Below, piece after piece: positions 1-13,107 of a stretch of 49,559 nucleotides of DNA. Below the pieces are notes generated by a model. The model did not search any database and was not told the DNA's origin. It saw only the letters and a program-made list of their open reading frames with translations. The number at the start of each line of letters is the position of its first letter. Position 1 is the stretch's first letter. A program made the position numbers and the translations under genes. This DNA comes from Chiloscyllium plagiosum. Its lineage: Eukaryota. The stretch is taken from positions 57,190,264-57,239,822 of the forward strand of contig NC_057718.1 of NCBI RefSeq assembly GCF_004010195.1. Direction: 5' to 3'.

Positions 1-2030
1 AAGAAAAACTCAGTAGCATCCAGATGTCCAAGGGCAATTGTTACTCTCAAAGTGGCAGCAGCGACTGGTTTCACTGATGCTCTGAAGCACATTCTCGCTC
101 GGTTCTTAGGGATTAAATGGGATTATTGAGTTTGCTCATAAGCAGATCATCAGCACAACTGAATCTTTGAAAGTTGGTATTGGAATTAAAGATGTAGATT
201 TAGTTTGCAGTTGCAATTTGCCCACCACCTGACGTGTGGCATGTCTGACAAAATGTGGACATGTGTTTATGTAATCCTAGCCCATAAAAATGTTTCTATA
301 TTTCAATGCATTAACATTTTTCAAACAAGTAAGTGACCTGCCAGTGGAATTTCATGACCCACTCATGAAATTTTGTCATCATATTCAGACGGACTACAAC
401 CTGATGGACTGTTGCCCATTTGTTGTTGGCTGGTATTTGAGATCATCTCCATTTCCACACTATTACCTTATCTTTCAAATAATAACTGTTGGGTATGGTT
501 CTGATTCAGTTTCTGAGTAGGCTCTATCACTATAAACTCTTCAATTCAATATGTTTGTTGCATTAAAGAAGATGGGCTAAGCGTGTCAGTCTCATTCTCT
601 TTACTTTCATTCATTTTATTTACATTTTGGAAACTGTATCCAATAATAGATTTTCCTCATCATATCTCTTTTTTTTAATTGACCCTACCTTTTCCTGTCT
701 AATTCTTTGGACCTTTCCAGTTTTCTTTCCTGCCCTTGAAACATATTTGGAACTAACAATGATGGTATTTTATAGATGAGTTAATTGAAAGAGATCAAAT
801 GTACAACAGAGCACTAAGGTTGTCCCCTATATCCCAATTTTATTTGCTTGCATTGGCGTTGGGTTTATGCAGCCAAATCAGAACTACAAGACTGCCACAG
901 GAAGTGAATTGTGGGGAGTGTTTTTGAGGTAGAGGTTCAACAGATCTGCCAGTCCACTTCTGTCCTATCCTGAAAGTGGGGAACAAAGAAAATCCAAGTT
1001 AATATGTTCGATTTAACATGCTGTCACCCTAACTGAGATGTAGCATTAAATAGGGCCAAACGTCAAACTTCTTTGACTCTTTGGCTATGTTCCTTTCACT
1101 GTATGTTATACATAATCATTGCGCAATTGAAGGTGTTCTCATTATGATATGTTCAAGTGTAAGTTCTTAGATGTGAAAAAATTAACTTTGGAGATGTAGA
1201 AGCTGATATTATTAACATTAGCTTTTACTATTATATTTCTTTAGAACAGAAAGAACTGATTGATTTATTATGGAAAACTTCACTTTTCATAAACTGCAGA
1301 CTTTAGTCCTTTTTTAAAAAATTGATTTTTCACTGATTTTCTGTATGAATTGATTATAATTAAATTTAAACAATTACTTATATTACTGTGCAATTTAATT
1401 TTGTCATTATATTGTAGAAACTTTAGAACGTGGAGAATAGGTGACCTTTTGTTCAACTATACGAGCTATTCCTATATGTTAAGAGGCATGTAATTACTGT
1501 CATTGTTGATGATTTGTTTTAAAAAATCATTTGGAATTTTCATTATAGCAAATTGAACAACATTAATACAGAGGATTGATTAAAAATAAAGGAAACTGTT
1601 GAAATTCTTATCTATGGACCAATACTCAAAAGATTTTGATGAGCTTTTCTTAAGCATTTCACTTTATGGTGCATATTAGTGAACCCTTTATTTCTCCAAA
1701 GATTAATTTCAATCTTTCATCAAATATATTTTTGGATACCTTACTTCAGCCTCCAGCTCTAAATTAAGATAGAATTGATTAGAATAAAGTGACTGAATAG
1801 AGATGAAGAAAATTAAGTCCTTCACACCTTTAAGGTACAACAACTGCTGTTTTTGATTTCAAATTTCACTCTCCATTCACGTAATTGATCATTAAAACTC
1901 TACTGCTATCTACAAAGCTAACCAGTATACTTGTTCAGAAAGGAACCTGCCAATTCTTTCAAAGTTGCATATGAGATTCCAACTCAATAATGGGACAATA
2001 ATTAAATCTTCTGTTTAATCTTCGTGGCAG

Positions 2031-2189
2031 GAACTTTCTGAGAGTGACAGGAGGAAGCTTCAAGAACGAGCAGCATATCTAAAGGAACAGCGTGATAAAT
2101 TAGTGGCTATGAAGAAAGAACAAAGGGAGAAACATCTACCGAAAAATCCAGAAAGCCAGAAACCACAACCCATACTAGAAACTAAAGAG
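2031..2189 (+). CDS. CFAP36: CFAP36 (CCDC104/BARTL1) penultimate coding exon, phase 0/0
   Basis: Acceptor ttcgtggcag| and donor |gtactg. The 159 nt translate to ELSESDRRKLQERAAYLKEQRDKLVAMKKEQREKHLPKNPESQKPQPILETKE, resembling the recalled vertebrate CFAP36 segment [21 protein letters not shown]. Too short for the ORF track. Confidence 0.88.
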
Positions 2190-2334
2190 GTACTGGTAGT
2201 TGATAAACCTGTCAAGCAAATTCATGTGTAGACTGTAGTGTGCTTGACATGAGAGTGGAAACATCTTTGGAAGAGTAGAAAAGAGGTGTACTCTCTCAAA
2301 TGTAGAACTTCATGATTAGCATTGATCTATAATC

Positions 2335-2520
2335 AGATCAGTGGGTCAGGTAGCTCCATTGGTTGATTGGCTGGTTTGTTATACAGAGTATTACCAATCA
2401 GTTACCATGAGGGCTCTCCTTGTTAACATTTCCCCTTGCAGTGTGGTGACTTGCAGTCATTTCTCCCTAATGAGAGAGCAACCTTATGATCTGGTAGGAC
2501 TATGGCAACTTCACCTTAAC
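2335..2520 (+). mobile_element. Old SINE-like repeat, family not named
   Basis: Shares the blocks gttaccatga..ggNctct, gagagagca..c.tatg.tctg and actatgg.aactt with the inverted copy at 35927-36065. Confidence 0.5.
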
Positions 2521-2624
2521 ATTAGGATCTTTTTCCCTTTCTTAAAATAAAAACTGGGTATTGTCGAAGTTTTAATAATCGCATAAAAGTTCCACAAAGC
2601 TGGGAAGAAATTAAAATTTTGTTT

Positions 2625-3897
2625 TTCATTTATGTGAATGATTTGGATAAGAATATAAGAGGCATGGTTACTAAGTTTGCAGATGACACCAAAATTGGTG
2701 AAATGTTGGACAGTGAAGAAGATTATCTAAGATACAAAGAGATCTAGATCAATTAAGTCAATGGGCTGAGGAATGGCAGATAGAATTTCAATTTGCACAA
2801 CTGCAAGGTATTGCATTTTGGTAAAACAAACAAGGGCAGGACTTACACAATTATTAATAGGCCCCTGGTTAGTGTTGTAGAGCAGAGAGACCTGGGGGTT
2901 CCGATATATAATGCTTTGAAATTTGCATCGCAGGTAAACAGACCAGTTAAGAAGGCATTTAGCACACTTGCCTTCAATGCTCAGACCTTTGAGCATAGGA
3001 GTTCAGATGTTGATGAAGCTCTTCCAAAGTGCTGTGTGCAATTCTGGTCACCTTGCTGGAACACAGATATTATTAAATTGGAGAAGGTTCAGAAAAGATT
3101 GCCAGAATTTTGCCAGAAATGGAGGGTTTGAGTTTAAAAAAAATAGGTTGAATAGGCTGGGGCATTTTCACTGGAGCATAGGAGGTTGAAGATGACTTTA
3201 TTGAGGTTTATAAAATCATGAGGGGCATTGATAAAGTGAATAGCAAAGGTCTTTTCCCTGGGGTAGGGAAGTCTAAAGGTAGGAAGCAAATTTATAAGGT
3301 GAGAGAAGAAAGTTTCGAAAAGGACATGAGGGGCAACATTTTTTTACAGTGTGGTTTGTATCAGGAATGAACTGCCGTAAGAAATGATGGATGCAGGTAT
3401 AGTTACAACATTTAAAAGACATTTAGATTAGATTAGATTACCTACGGTGTGGAAACAGGCCCTTCGGCCCAGCAAGTCCACACCGACCCTTCGAAGAGCA
3501 ACCCACCCAGACCCATTCCCCTACATTTACCCCATTCACCTAACACTACAGGCAATTTAGCATGGCCAATTCACCTAACCTGCACATTTTGGACTGTGGG
3601 AGGAAACCAGAGCACCCGGAGGAAACCCACGCAGACACGGGGAGAATGTGCAAACTCCACACAGACAGTTGCCCGAGGCGGGAATTGAACCCGGATCTCT
3701 GGCACTGTGAGGCAGCAGTGCTAACCACTGTGCCACCATGCCGCCCAAAAGTGGATTTGGATAAGTACATGAATAGGAAAGGTTTGGAGGGATATGGGCC
3801 AAATGCAGGCAAGTGAGACTGGTTTAGTTTAGGAACATGGTTGGCATGGGCTAGTTGGACCGAAGGGTCTGTTTCCAGGGTGTATGACTATGACTCT
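2625..3897 (+). mobile_element. 5'-truncated CR1-clade LINE (RT end to 3' tail), interrupted by a SINE
   Basis: KFADDTKIG, CKVLHFGK and CVQFWSP motifs with frameshifts; tatgactatgactcta tail. Confidence 0.92.
3424..3746 (-). mobile_element. HE1-type tRNA-derived V-SINE nested in CR1
   Basis: Minus strand reads A box (tggcacagtgg), B box (ggttcaattcc), central tgtgtggagtttgcacattctcccc core and a (atcta)n tail. Confidence 0.88.
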
Positions 3898-4724
3898 AAA
3901 ACATGGTATGGTGAGTCTAAATAAGTCCCCCAATATCTAATTGTTTAACAAAATATGTATGAACATCAAATTATATGGAATATTTTCCTTCTGCTCAGCA
4001 TATAACTGCATGAAATCTATGCTATTTGCTTATCCCATCTATTTATTTACTTGCTTCTGCCTTAACTAGGTTGATAGTTATTTATCAATTAATTTTTTTT
4101 ATGCTGCAAAATAACAAGTGTTGCACAGAAAGGTAGAATTTGAATGGTATGAGAAGAGGTACCAACTGAGGATGGCATGGGGGAGAAGCTGGTGGAAGGG
4201 TTTAAGATGGGAGATGATCTAAATTTAATGCATTGGAATCACAGAACCAGTAAAGGTCAGCAAGGGTAGATGTGGTGGAAAAGTGAGAATTCATGACAGA
4301 CAGTGTATAATTAGTCACATCTTGGAATGATGAGCTTTGAGAAACTACCCTTGCAGAAATAAAGATGTTTAAAATTTAACCATCCAGAATATAAAGGAGA
4401 GGATTGGGGCACATTTTGTTTAAGATTTAATTCAACCATAGTTGAGCATGCTGAGGTGGAAAGTGTGAGATATTTTGGTACTTACATTTTTGAATAGAGG
4501 CAGATGGATGTGCGTCAGTTCTGTGAAGTGTTTTTTGAACAGGCCCGAAAGTCATTTGGAACAGTAATCTAAGTGCATCAATTCCAAGAAAGCTTGTGAC
4601 TGTAGTCAGGTTACTGAGAGAACTCCTGAGCTGTTAATAGAGGGACATTTATATTGTTGAGTTTCCAACAGACCAGAAACCTATTAGATTAATTTTGGCA
4701 TCAGAACTGAAGGTTTAAGGTTTC

Positions 4725-5172
4725 ATAAGATCCCTACAGTGTGGAAAGAGTCCATTCGACTCATTGAGTTTGCACTGACCCTCTGAAGACCATTCCAGCC
4801 AGCCCCAGCCTCACAGCCTATCACTGTAATCCTGCATTTCCCATGGCTCATAAATATTCCTCCATTATAATCTCAGGAGTTCTCTCAGTAACTTGACTAC
4901 AGTCACAAGCTTTCTTGGAATTGATGCACTTAGATTACTGGCTCATCCACCTAGCCTACACATCCCTGGACACTATGGGCAATTTAGCATGGCCAATCCA
5001 CCTGATCTGTACTTTTTTGGACTGTGGGGGGAAGCCGGAGCACCCATAGGAAACTTGCATAGACATTGGGAGAATGTGCAAACTCCACACAGACAGTCGC
5101 CCAAAGCTGGAATTAAACCCGGGTCCCTAGTGCTGTGAAACAGCATTGCCATATACTGCCACCATGCTGTTC
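4725..5172 (-). mobile_element. Older HE1-type SINE carrying an internal insertion
   Basis: Same core as 3424-3746 but more diverged; interrupted at about 4852-4940. Confidence 0.85.
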
Positions 5173-5381
5173 CTAAATTACAATAAATTTCAATTCAGAA
5201 AACAGGAATTTGGTTCAAAAGGTAGAGGAAAATAATCATTTTTCATTTTGTGGAAGTTTGAAGCCAGGAGAGTTTGGGAAGAAATCTTCAAGTTGTTAAA
5301 ACTGAAAAAATGTATACCATCAGAATTATGAAAGGTTTATGCCTGTGTAATTGGAAAGAAATCGTTTAAGAAAAAGAAATT

Positions 5382-5545
5382 GAGGCAAAAATAGAAATAG
5401 CTGGAAAAGCTGTTCTGAGGAAGAGTCATTCGACCCGAAACTTTAATTCTGATTTCTCTTCACAGGTTCTGCCAGACCTGCTGAGCTTTTCCAGCAATTT
5501 CTGTTTTTGTCTCTGATTTACAGCATCCACAGTTCTTTTGTTCTT
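5382..5545 (+). mobile_element. Short PLE-derived 3' end with degenerate hammerhead motif and 5' inverted piece
   Basis: ctgagga-a-gagtc-attc-gaccc-gaaac at 5415-5441. The segment 5382-5411 is an imperfect reverse complement of about 5484-5513. Confidence 0.7.
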
Positions 5546-7142
5546 TTTTAAAAACAATTGGAAGGTGTTAGATAAGTAGAACCTAAAGAGTTAAAATCGG
5601 AGTGAAATATCTTTGAAATAAGATTTCTGCAGAATTTGCAAGAGAAAAAGATATGGTGTGAGATCAGTGGTTTCAATCCCCTGAAGTTAACAAAACACCT
5701 TGAACATGTTAAGGAAATCATAGTTATGGAAGAATTCAGAAGTAGTATTCTCATAAACCTTAAGACTTAATACAAGATGAGTATCAAGTATTAGCAGGTA
5801 TGTATGATATCACACCTTGGTAATTATATGTGAAGAAGTGGTCATATAGGAATCCAGAGGAAATTGGAGGAACAGGAAATCTCTGAATGGAAGAGGTATT
5901 TCCCCTTGGAGGGAAGAGGTTTTTGGGAACTAACATAAGCATGCCAAGGTGATGAAGGTCAAAGATAAGAACCTATAAAAGATGGAAAGAAAATAGCTTC
6001 TACTGTAATAAGACTGGACGTAGCAAAGTTGGTTGCTAAAAGTTAAATGGGAGATGAAATGCAGTGGTAAAATGCAAAATGAATCCTCAGAAAATGGGGC
6101 ATCAGGACTGAAATGGCTATTAGAACTGTATCTGCAGTGCAAAGGCAGCATGTTTCCTTTGAATCTGTAGGAAGGTAGAGAGGACAGTTAAAAAGACGTC
6201 TTCCTCAAGTATTGATTAAGAGTATCAAACTGCTGGAGGTTCTGTGTAGTTTATTTCAAAAGGATAGATATTTCAGTGTGATTCAATTCAAGCAGAGAAA
6301 CCAAATTATAGATATTGAGAGGCTTTGGAGGAAGTCAGTCTCTGATGTTGGCTCATAAAGCTATTTGTCTTCCAGAGGGGTTATGATAGAGAAAATATTA
6401 TTTATTGGCTTAGATGGTCCTTATATATTAGTTCCATTATACAGAGTGTAATTAAAGAGTGACTTAGTAAATAGAAAAGTTATTGATGGAATCATGAAAC
6501 GAATACTTAGAGAAGGAATTGCTTTTATCTTGCACAATGATTTGGCTGTTAAATAACATTTGCCACACTGAGGGTCATAGAAAAACAACAGTAGAAGTAC
6601 ATGGAGGAGGAACACTAGCTCATTTATCAGAATTGCCTTCAGCTTCTCAAATGATGCTTGGCATTCTGCTGACCATACAACTTTTGCCCGTTTCTTTAAC
6701 AGATGATTAAAGGCACAGTTATCGTACTGAAATTATGTACAGATGTCTGGTAAAATCCACACATTCACAAAAAAACCTCATGATGGTTTGTTGAGATTTA
6801 GGATCAGGGAATTCTATTGAAATCTTCACTTTTATTGTCCATGGGCAACAACATATCCCAAGTAAGTTACTCTTGCTTTCAATTAACATTTGGCTTCATT
6901 TGTCACTAAACCAGCCAACTGTAATACTTAAATAGATCTTTGACTGTCTTGCATGCTCTTCGCAAGTGCTACTATATAATACAATATTATCCAAGTACAC
7001 TATGCAGTTACAAACTTCAGTTACAACTTGATTCATAAGTCTCTGGAGGCATTATTTAACCCAAATGGTATCACCTGATAACCTACTCAGTGTAACAAAA
7101 GTGGAAAGTTCTTTAGCCCTGATGTAAATACATTTTTTTTTA

Positions 7143-7450
7143 AGATTAGATTCCCTACAGCGTGGAAACAGGCCCTTCGGCCCAAGCAGTCCACACCGGC
7201 CCTCCGAAGAGTAACCCGCCCAGACCCATTTCCCTCTGACTAATTCACCTAACATTATGGGGAAATTTAACATGGCCAGTTCACCTGACATGCACATCTT
7301 TGGACTGTGGGAGGAAACTGGAGCACCCAGAGGAAACCCACGCAGACACGGGGAGAATGTGCAAACTCCACACAGTCACCCGAGGCTGGAATCGAACTTG
7401 GGTCTCTGGTGCTGTGAGGCAGCAGTGCTAACCACTGAGCCACCATGCGC
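7143..7450 (-). mobile_element. HE1-type SINE
   Basis: Full head, core and tail, as at 3424-3746. Confidence 0.88.
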
Positions 7451-8035
7451 CAGTATCCCTTCAATAATTGAGTCTTAGAAAGGAATGATGCACTGCCAAC
7501 CCTATCAGTGCAGTGTTCTCGTCATGGAATTGGGTACAATTTTATTTTTGTGACCTCGCTTTTCTGTAATCTAGCAAAAGTCTAATTAGTTCATTAAGTT
7601 TAGGAGCTAACACTGTTGGTGAATTCTAGCTTCTTTAACTACCTTCAATCATATGGTTCTATAGCGTATACTGAGTCTCTTTCCACCTGAGTTTGGTCTT
7701 CCGTTTGAACCGATGAAGATGTTATTTTATAAGTTCTAACTCTCCTTCATCCAGATTATGTCTAGTCAATGTATGCATTCAGATGTGTCTCTACAGATTA
7801 CCTCATATCTTCTCAGTTGTCTTACAAGATTCTTCCATTGTCCTTCTATAGGAGGTTCTGAATTGTAGGAGGTTCACTTTGGAAACTTACTACATTCTCA
7901 TTATTTCTGTCATCTCCTACTACTTTTACCATCTTACACACTTGTTCCTCCTTATCCTCTTCCCTACAATGATACATTTTCAGCATTTTTTTGACATAAC
8001 CAATTCTTCCCACAATCAGGAGTATTTATCAGATA

Positions 8036-8350
8036 AGTCTGGTTAGCACTGCTGCCTCACAGCATCAGGGTCCCAGGTTCGATTTCAGCCTCGGGCAACT
8101 GTCTGTGTGGAGTTTGCACATTCTCCCTGTGTCTGTGTGGGTTTCCTCCGGGTGCTCCGGTTTCCTCCCATAGTCTGAAGATGTGCGGGCTAAGGTGAAT
8201 TGGCCATGCTAAATTCCCCATAGTGTTAGGTACATTAGTCAGAGGGGAAAAAAACTGGATCTGGGTGGGTTACTCTTCGGAGGGTCGGTGTGGAGACTGG
8301 TTGGGCCAAAGGGCCTGTTTCCACACTGTAAGGAATCTAATCTAATCTAA
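8036..8350 (+). mobile_element. HE1-type SINE, slightly 5'-clipped
   Basis: tggttagcactgctgcctcacagc head, ggttcgatt B box, core and atctaatctaatcta tail. Confidence 0.88.
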
Positions 8351-9493
8351 AGTCATTTTACTAAACCTTCTAACTACGTTAAATGGACCACTGAATTTCA
8401 CTTTTCAGGTTCACCTTGTAATGGCAACAATACCAATACTTCATCTCCCACTTGGAACTTTCCAGTTGAAGAGTTATCTGTCCAAATTTTCACTTTTGCC
8501 TGTGAGACTTTTAAAGGTTTTTATAGTACCTTGCATGTTCTTTAGTGTCTTTCTAGAAACATGGACATATAATTCAACATTGAAGGCTTGTCCTTCTCAT
8601 TTAAGAAGGATTCCTAATTCAATTTGAATGGACCTCAGATCTCATGACCACAAACTAATTTAAAAGGAGAGAACTCCAGTAGATTCATTTGGTGAATCTC
8701 TGGTACCAAATAGTAGAACTGCTCTCAGTTTTGTTAATGGTCCCACACAATCTGCTAGCCACTTGACTAAACAGTTCTTCAAAAGCTGGTTTGGGTATGA
8801 AAGGTGTTGGTTTGATTACATGTTGACATTTATTTATGAAGTTCTGGCCAAGTAAAATGCCAGTTTATAGATACTTGCATTTTCCATATCCCTTTATGCC
8901 ATGCAGTAAGAGCATCATGTGATACTCGCAATATATCCTTAAGATCTCTGGACAGTATCACGATTTAGAGTTTATGGTGATGCTGCTCCTTTAACAATGT
9001 TATGCTGTCCTTGGCTTTTTTTTTCAGAGAGGTCTTAAAAGCAGCAATTCTGAAAGGTCTAGGCTTGAAGGATTTTAGCGCCAATTTGATTATAGTTAAC
9101 ATATACTACCTCAGCCAAAAGGCTTTCAAATTAAAAAAAAAACACTTGTACAATGAAAGGGGAGCAGCCAGTTTTCCCAGCTCAGCTTTCTTTGGTTTGG
9201 TTTGGTCTGGTCTTTAGCAGTCTGGCTGTCTACTGAGAGCAGTCAGTCAGTTTTTGAGGCTGCATGTCCAAGAAAGATACATGGAAGAAGATGTTCTGTG
9301 CTGAATCTGTTTGTCATCTGTCTCTCTCCTGTAAAACTCTGTGTTTGCTTCTGCCTTTTGTGCCAAGGAATGTTTATTTGACATTGTTGCAAGTACTTGG
9401 AACAGCATCATTAGGTTGGGATAATCTGTTGGGTTTTCGGAGAGGTTAGGTTATTCTATATTCTGTTCTCTTTTGTTTGTGTTTCATTTGGTA

Positions 9494-10690
9494 ATAGAGA
9501 GCACAGAAGCAGACCCTTCAGTCCAACCCGTCCATCTAACCAGATATCCTAACTTAATCTAGTCGCATTTGCCAGCACTTGGTCCATATCCTGCAAAACC
9601 CTTCTTACTTATATACCCATCCAGATCCTTTTTATGTATTTGGAAAGGCAAGGACTGATTAGGGATAGTCAGCACGGCTTTGTGCACGGGAAATCATGTC
9701 TCATGAACTTGATTGAATTTTTTGAAGAAGTAACAAAGAGGATTGATGAGGGCAGAATAATGGACATGATCTATATGGACTTCAGTGAGGTGTTTGACAA
9801 GGTTCCTCATGGGAGACTGGTTAGTAAGGTTAGATCTCATGGAATACAGGGAGACTAGCCATTTGGATACAGGACTGGCTCAAAGTAGAAGACAGAGGAT
9901 GGTGGTGGAGGGTTGCTTTTTAGACTGGAGGCCTGTGACCAGTGGTGGGCCACAAGGAGCGGTGCTGGGTCCACTACTTTTCATCATTTATATAAATGAT
10001 TTGGATGTGAACGTAGGAGGTATAGTTAGTAAATTTGCAGATGACACCAAAATTGGAGGTGTAGTGGAGTACAGGATCTTGATCAGAGTACAACAGGATC
10101 TTGATCAGATGGGCCAGTGGGCTGAAGAGTGGTAGGTAGAGGTTAATTTAGATGAATGCGAGTGCTGCAGTTTGGAAAAGCAAATCAGAGCGGGACTTAT
10201 ACAATTAATGGTAAGAGGAGTGTTGCTGAACAAAGAGACCTTTGAGTGCAGGTTCATAGTTACTTGAAAGTAGAGTTGCAGATAGATAGGATAGTGAAGA
10301 AGGCGTCTGGTATGCTTTCCTTTATTGGTCAGACCATTGAGTTTAGGAGTTGTGAGGTCATGTTGTGGCTGTACAGGACATTGGTTAGGCCACATTTGGA
10401 ATATTGTGTGCAATTCTGGTCTCCCTTCTTTCAGAAAGATGTTATGAAACTTGAAAGGTTTCAAAAAAGATTTACAAGGATGATGCCAGGATTGTAGGGT
10501 TTGAGCTACAGGGAGAGGCTTAATAGGCTGAGGCTGTTTTCCCTGGAACATCGGAGGCTGAGAGGTGACCTTATAGAGGTTTATAAAATCATGAGGGGCA
10601 TGGATAGGATAAATAGACAAGGTCTTTTCCCTGGGGTAGCATAGGTTTAGGGTGAGAGGGGAAAGATATAAAAGGAACCTAAGGGGCAAC
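9494..10690. mobile_element. CR1 LINE with inversion: 3' tail on minus (9494-9632), RT body on plus (9634-10690)
   Basis: QHGF, YMDFS.FDKVPH, PQG.VLGP and KFADDTKIG motifs on plus; the CR1 3' terminus is reversed immediately upstream. Confidence 0.9.
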
Positions 10691-10837
10691 TGAAAGGGGA
10701 GTGGCCAGTCCTCCCAGCTCAGCTATTTTTTAGTTTGGTTTTTAGCAGTCTGGCTGTTCACTGAAAGCAGTCAGTGAGGCTGCTGGTCCAAAAATCAGCT
10801 ACATGGAAGAAGGGTTCCATGCTGAATCTCTCTGCCA

Positions 10838-10883
<46 letters not shown>
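10838..10883. repeat. (CT)n microsatellite
   Basis: Near-perfect TC run of about 45 nt. Confidence 0.95.
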
Positions 10884-10998
10884 CTGTAAGACCCTATGTT
10901 TTATTTTACCTTTTGTGCCAAGGGATGTTTATGGAGATTTGAAACAGTATCATTCAGCTGGGATAATCTGTTGGGTTTTCAGACAGGTTAAGTTATTC

Positions 10999-11130
10999 GC
11001 AAGTTTCGAGAAGATTTGTAGCACAGGTTGAGGTTCTGGATATAGGTTTGCTCGCAGAGCTGGAAGGTTTGTTTCATGAAAACGTTTGTGAAAGCGAACC
11101 TTCCAGCTCAGCGAGCAAACCTACATCCAG
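10999..11130. mobile_element. 132-bp fold-back PLE-derived insertion with 14-bp TSD
   Basis: TSD aggttaagttattc at 10985-10998 and 11131-11144. Internal inverted arms of about 35 bp. The terminus resembles the PLE end at about 11345. Confidence 0.8.
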
Positions 11131-11344
11131 AGGTTAAGTTATTCTATATTCAGTTCTCTTTTGTTTATGTTTCATTTGGTAATTCTTGTAAATAAATTCT
11201 GTTTTATTTAAAACTAAGTGGTTGGGCCAGCTGCATTACTCCTGGAATATCCGCCTTACACCTGCTTAAAATAACAAGCAACGTTAGGGTCTGGGCTACT
11301 TTCTTTAAATGTTTTGAGGGGATCCGGCCTAGTCCATAACACAT

Positions 11345-12040
11345 TCTTGAGAAGGTTTGTAGCTTGGGTTGTGGATGAAGTTGTGGATTCGTTTGTCAAG
11401 CTGGTGTGTTTTTCTGCAAACGTTTCGTCCCCTTGCTAGATGACATCTTTAATAAGGTGTTGGTGGTCTGTCCCGCCTTGTATTTATGTCTCTGTTGTTG
11501 GCACTTCCAGTTTTGTATCTGAGTAGTTTGTATATGGGGTCCAGTACAATGTGCCTATTGATTGAGTTCCGATTGGAGTGCTCGGCTGGAGTGTCTAGCG
11601 TGCCTCTGTTTGCCTGTTACTGGAATAGTTACATTATCCCAGTTGAATTTGTATCCTTCGTTCCTGAGTGGTTGGAAGGGAGAGTGCTGGTTTGCCAAAC
11701 ATGTAGGGTATCTTATAGATAACGTTCATCCAATTGGATGTGGGTGTCGGGTCTTTAAACTTTGAGACGAGCTGGTGGAAGGTGTTTACTGGTTTCTGAG
11801 CCACTAAGATTCCCAGGGGTCTGAGTAATCGATAATTATCTCTGACATGTCTTTGATGTATGCTGTGGTCGCTATTGTGTCTGGTCATGTAGTGTTTTCT
11901 TCTTTGGGTTTGTCTCATAAGTACCGGAAGATAGTGCTCTTGGGGTACCCTTGGGGATTTGTATAAATCCTTTGAATAGGTGTTCCTAGTCTGCCTTCTG
12001 GAGTTCTGTATCACTATTCAATGCACAACTGTCCATTCTT
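11345..12040 (-). mobile_element. Degenerate Penelope-like element (GIY-YIG region plus 3' end)
   Basis: Minus-strand translation KDPTPTSNWMNVIYKIP resembles the start of a PLE GIY-YIG domain. Decayed hammerhead (gtca..gacgaaacgtt) at 11415-11452. Confidence 0.75.
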
Positions 12041-12699
12041 CGTCTGCTGATCTGCATTCTCTATTTCCTCATAGAAACTCAATTTCCAATATAATAACAC
12101 TCTGAAATCCCTTCAATCTCAACTTCAATGTGAAGCTATTTATGTTTAACTCTCCATTTACTTTCTAAGCCTCAATTAATGAAGACATGCCAAATAGTCC
12201 TTTTCAAGTATACACATTCTAAAAAATAGAGTTTCAGCTATCTTAATAACTGCTTGTAGTATTACTGTGATTTCTGATGATGAACTTTGTTTAGTTATTG
12301 CGCTGGTCACTACACAATGGAAAAATACGTATTTAGGAAATTATTCCTCAACAGATCTTTCTTATAATCCAGATTTATTACAGATGAAGCTGTGACTTTC
12401 ACTCCTGCCAAATCATTCCTCAGAAATAGATCAGCTCTATCCATAGATAATTTTTAATATTTCCCTGACTACTACTAGTCCCACTAACAAGTCACATTCC
12501 AATTGGACTTTATACAATGGATTTGGAACATACTCTCCACCCATCTAATTTACCATCAATTTGGCTATCAATTAACTCTCTGAAGGGAAAACTAAATCCT
12601 TCTCCAACAAGCGAGGTCAAGTAGCCGTTGAATCCCATTAGTATAGTTACGGTCTTGGATGCTTCTTTTGAGGACAGAGAGGTTATCTTCCCTATCTTG

Positions 12700-13017
12700 C
12701 AAAAAGCAGTAAAGAATTACTAAATGATTAATAAAGAGATAAGAATAGAATATGAGAGAAAATTATCCAAAAATATAACAGAAAGGAAAAGGGTTTTCAG
12801 ATTTTTAAAAAAATATATTAGCAAAGTAAGTGTTGGTCCAATAAAAAATGAATCTGGGGAATTAGTAATGGAGGATAAAGACTTGCAAATAAATTGAACA
12901 GATATTTTGCACTGTCTTCACTAGAGAGGATACAGATAGCAACCCAGAAATAGCTGTAAATCAGAATTGAAGGGAGGGAGGAACTCAATTACAATTACCA
13001 AGGAAGTAATACTGAGG
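12700..13017 (+). mobile_element. Old CR1 ORF2 internal fragment
   Basis: Decayed segments resembling EYERKL, VGPIKNESGELVM and LN.YF..VFT.ED. Confidence 0.6.
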
Positions 13018-13107
13018 GTCAGTGTGTACTCAATGGACCATGTGGCCTGCTTCCATAACGTAGGGATTCTATGAATAATTCTATTCATATGTTTACATTA
13101 AACAGAC

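Larger units (their letters stand above)
8955..11342 (+). mobile_element. Probable LTR-type repeat, internally duplicated and interrupted by CR1 and PLE insertions
   Basis: Ends in gtccataaca and has an internal aataaa. Related copies starting tgttatggac or tggttatggtc lie in the opposite orientation at 15545 and 19448. No coding remnant. Confidence 0.6.

Noticed and set aside
1..2030. Additional upstream CFAP36 exons
   Set aside because: This part of CFAP36 is poorly conserved, and no candidate had both convincing splice sites and a recognisable peptide.
3424..8350. tRNA genes and recurring 70-90 aa ORFs
   Set aside because: These are tRNA-derived SINE heads continuing into SINE core and tail; the ORFs are chance frames in the repeat.
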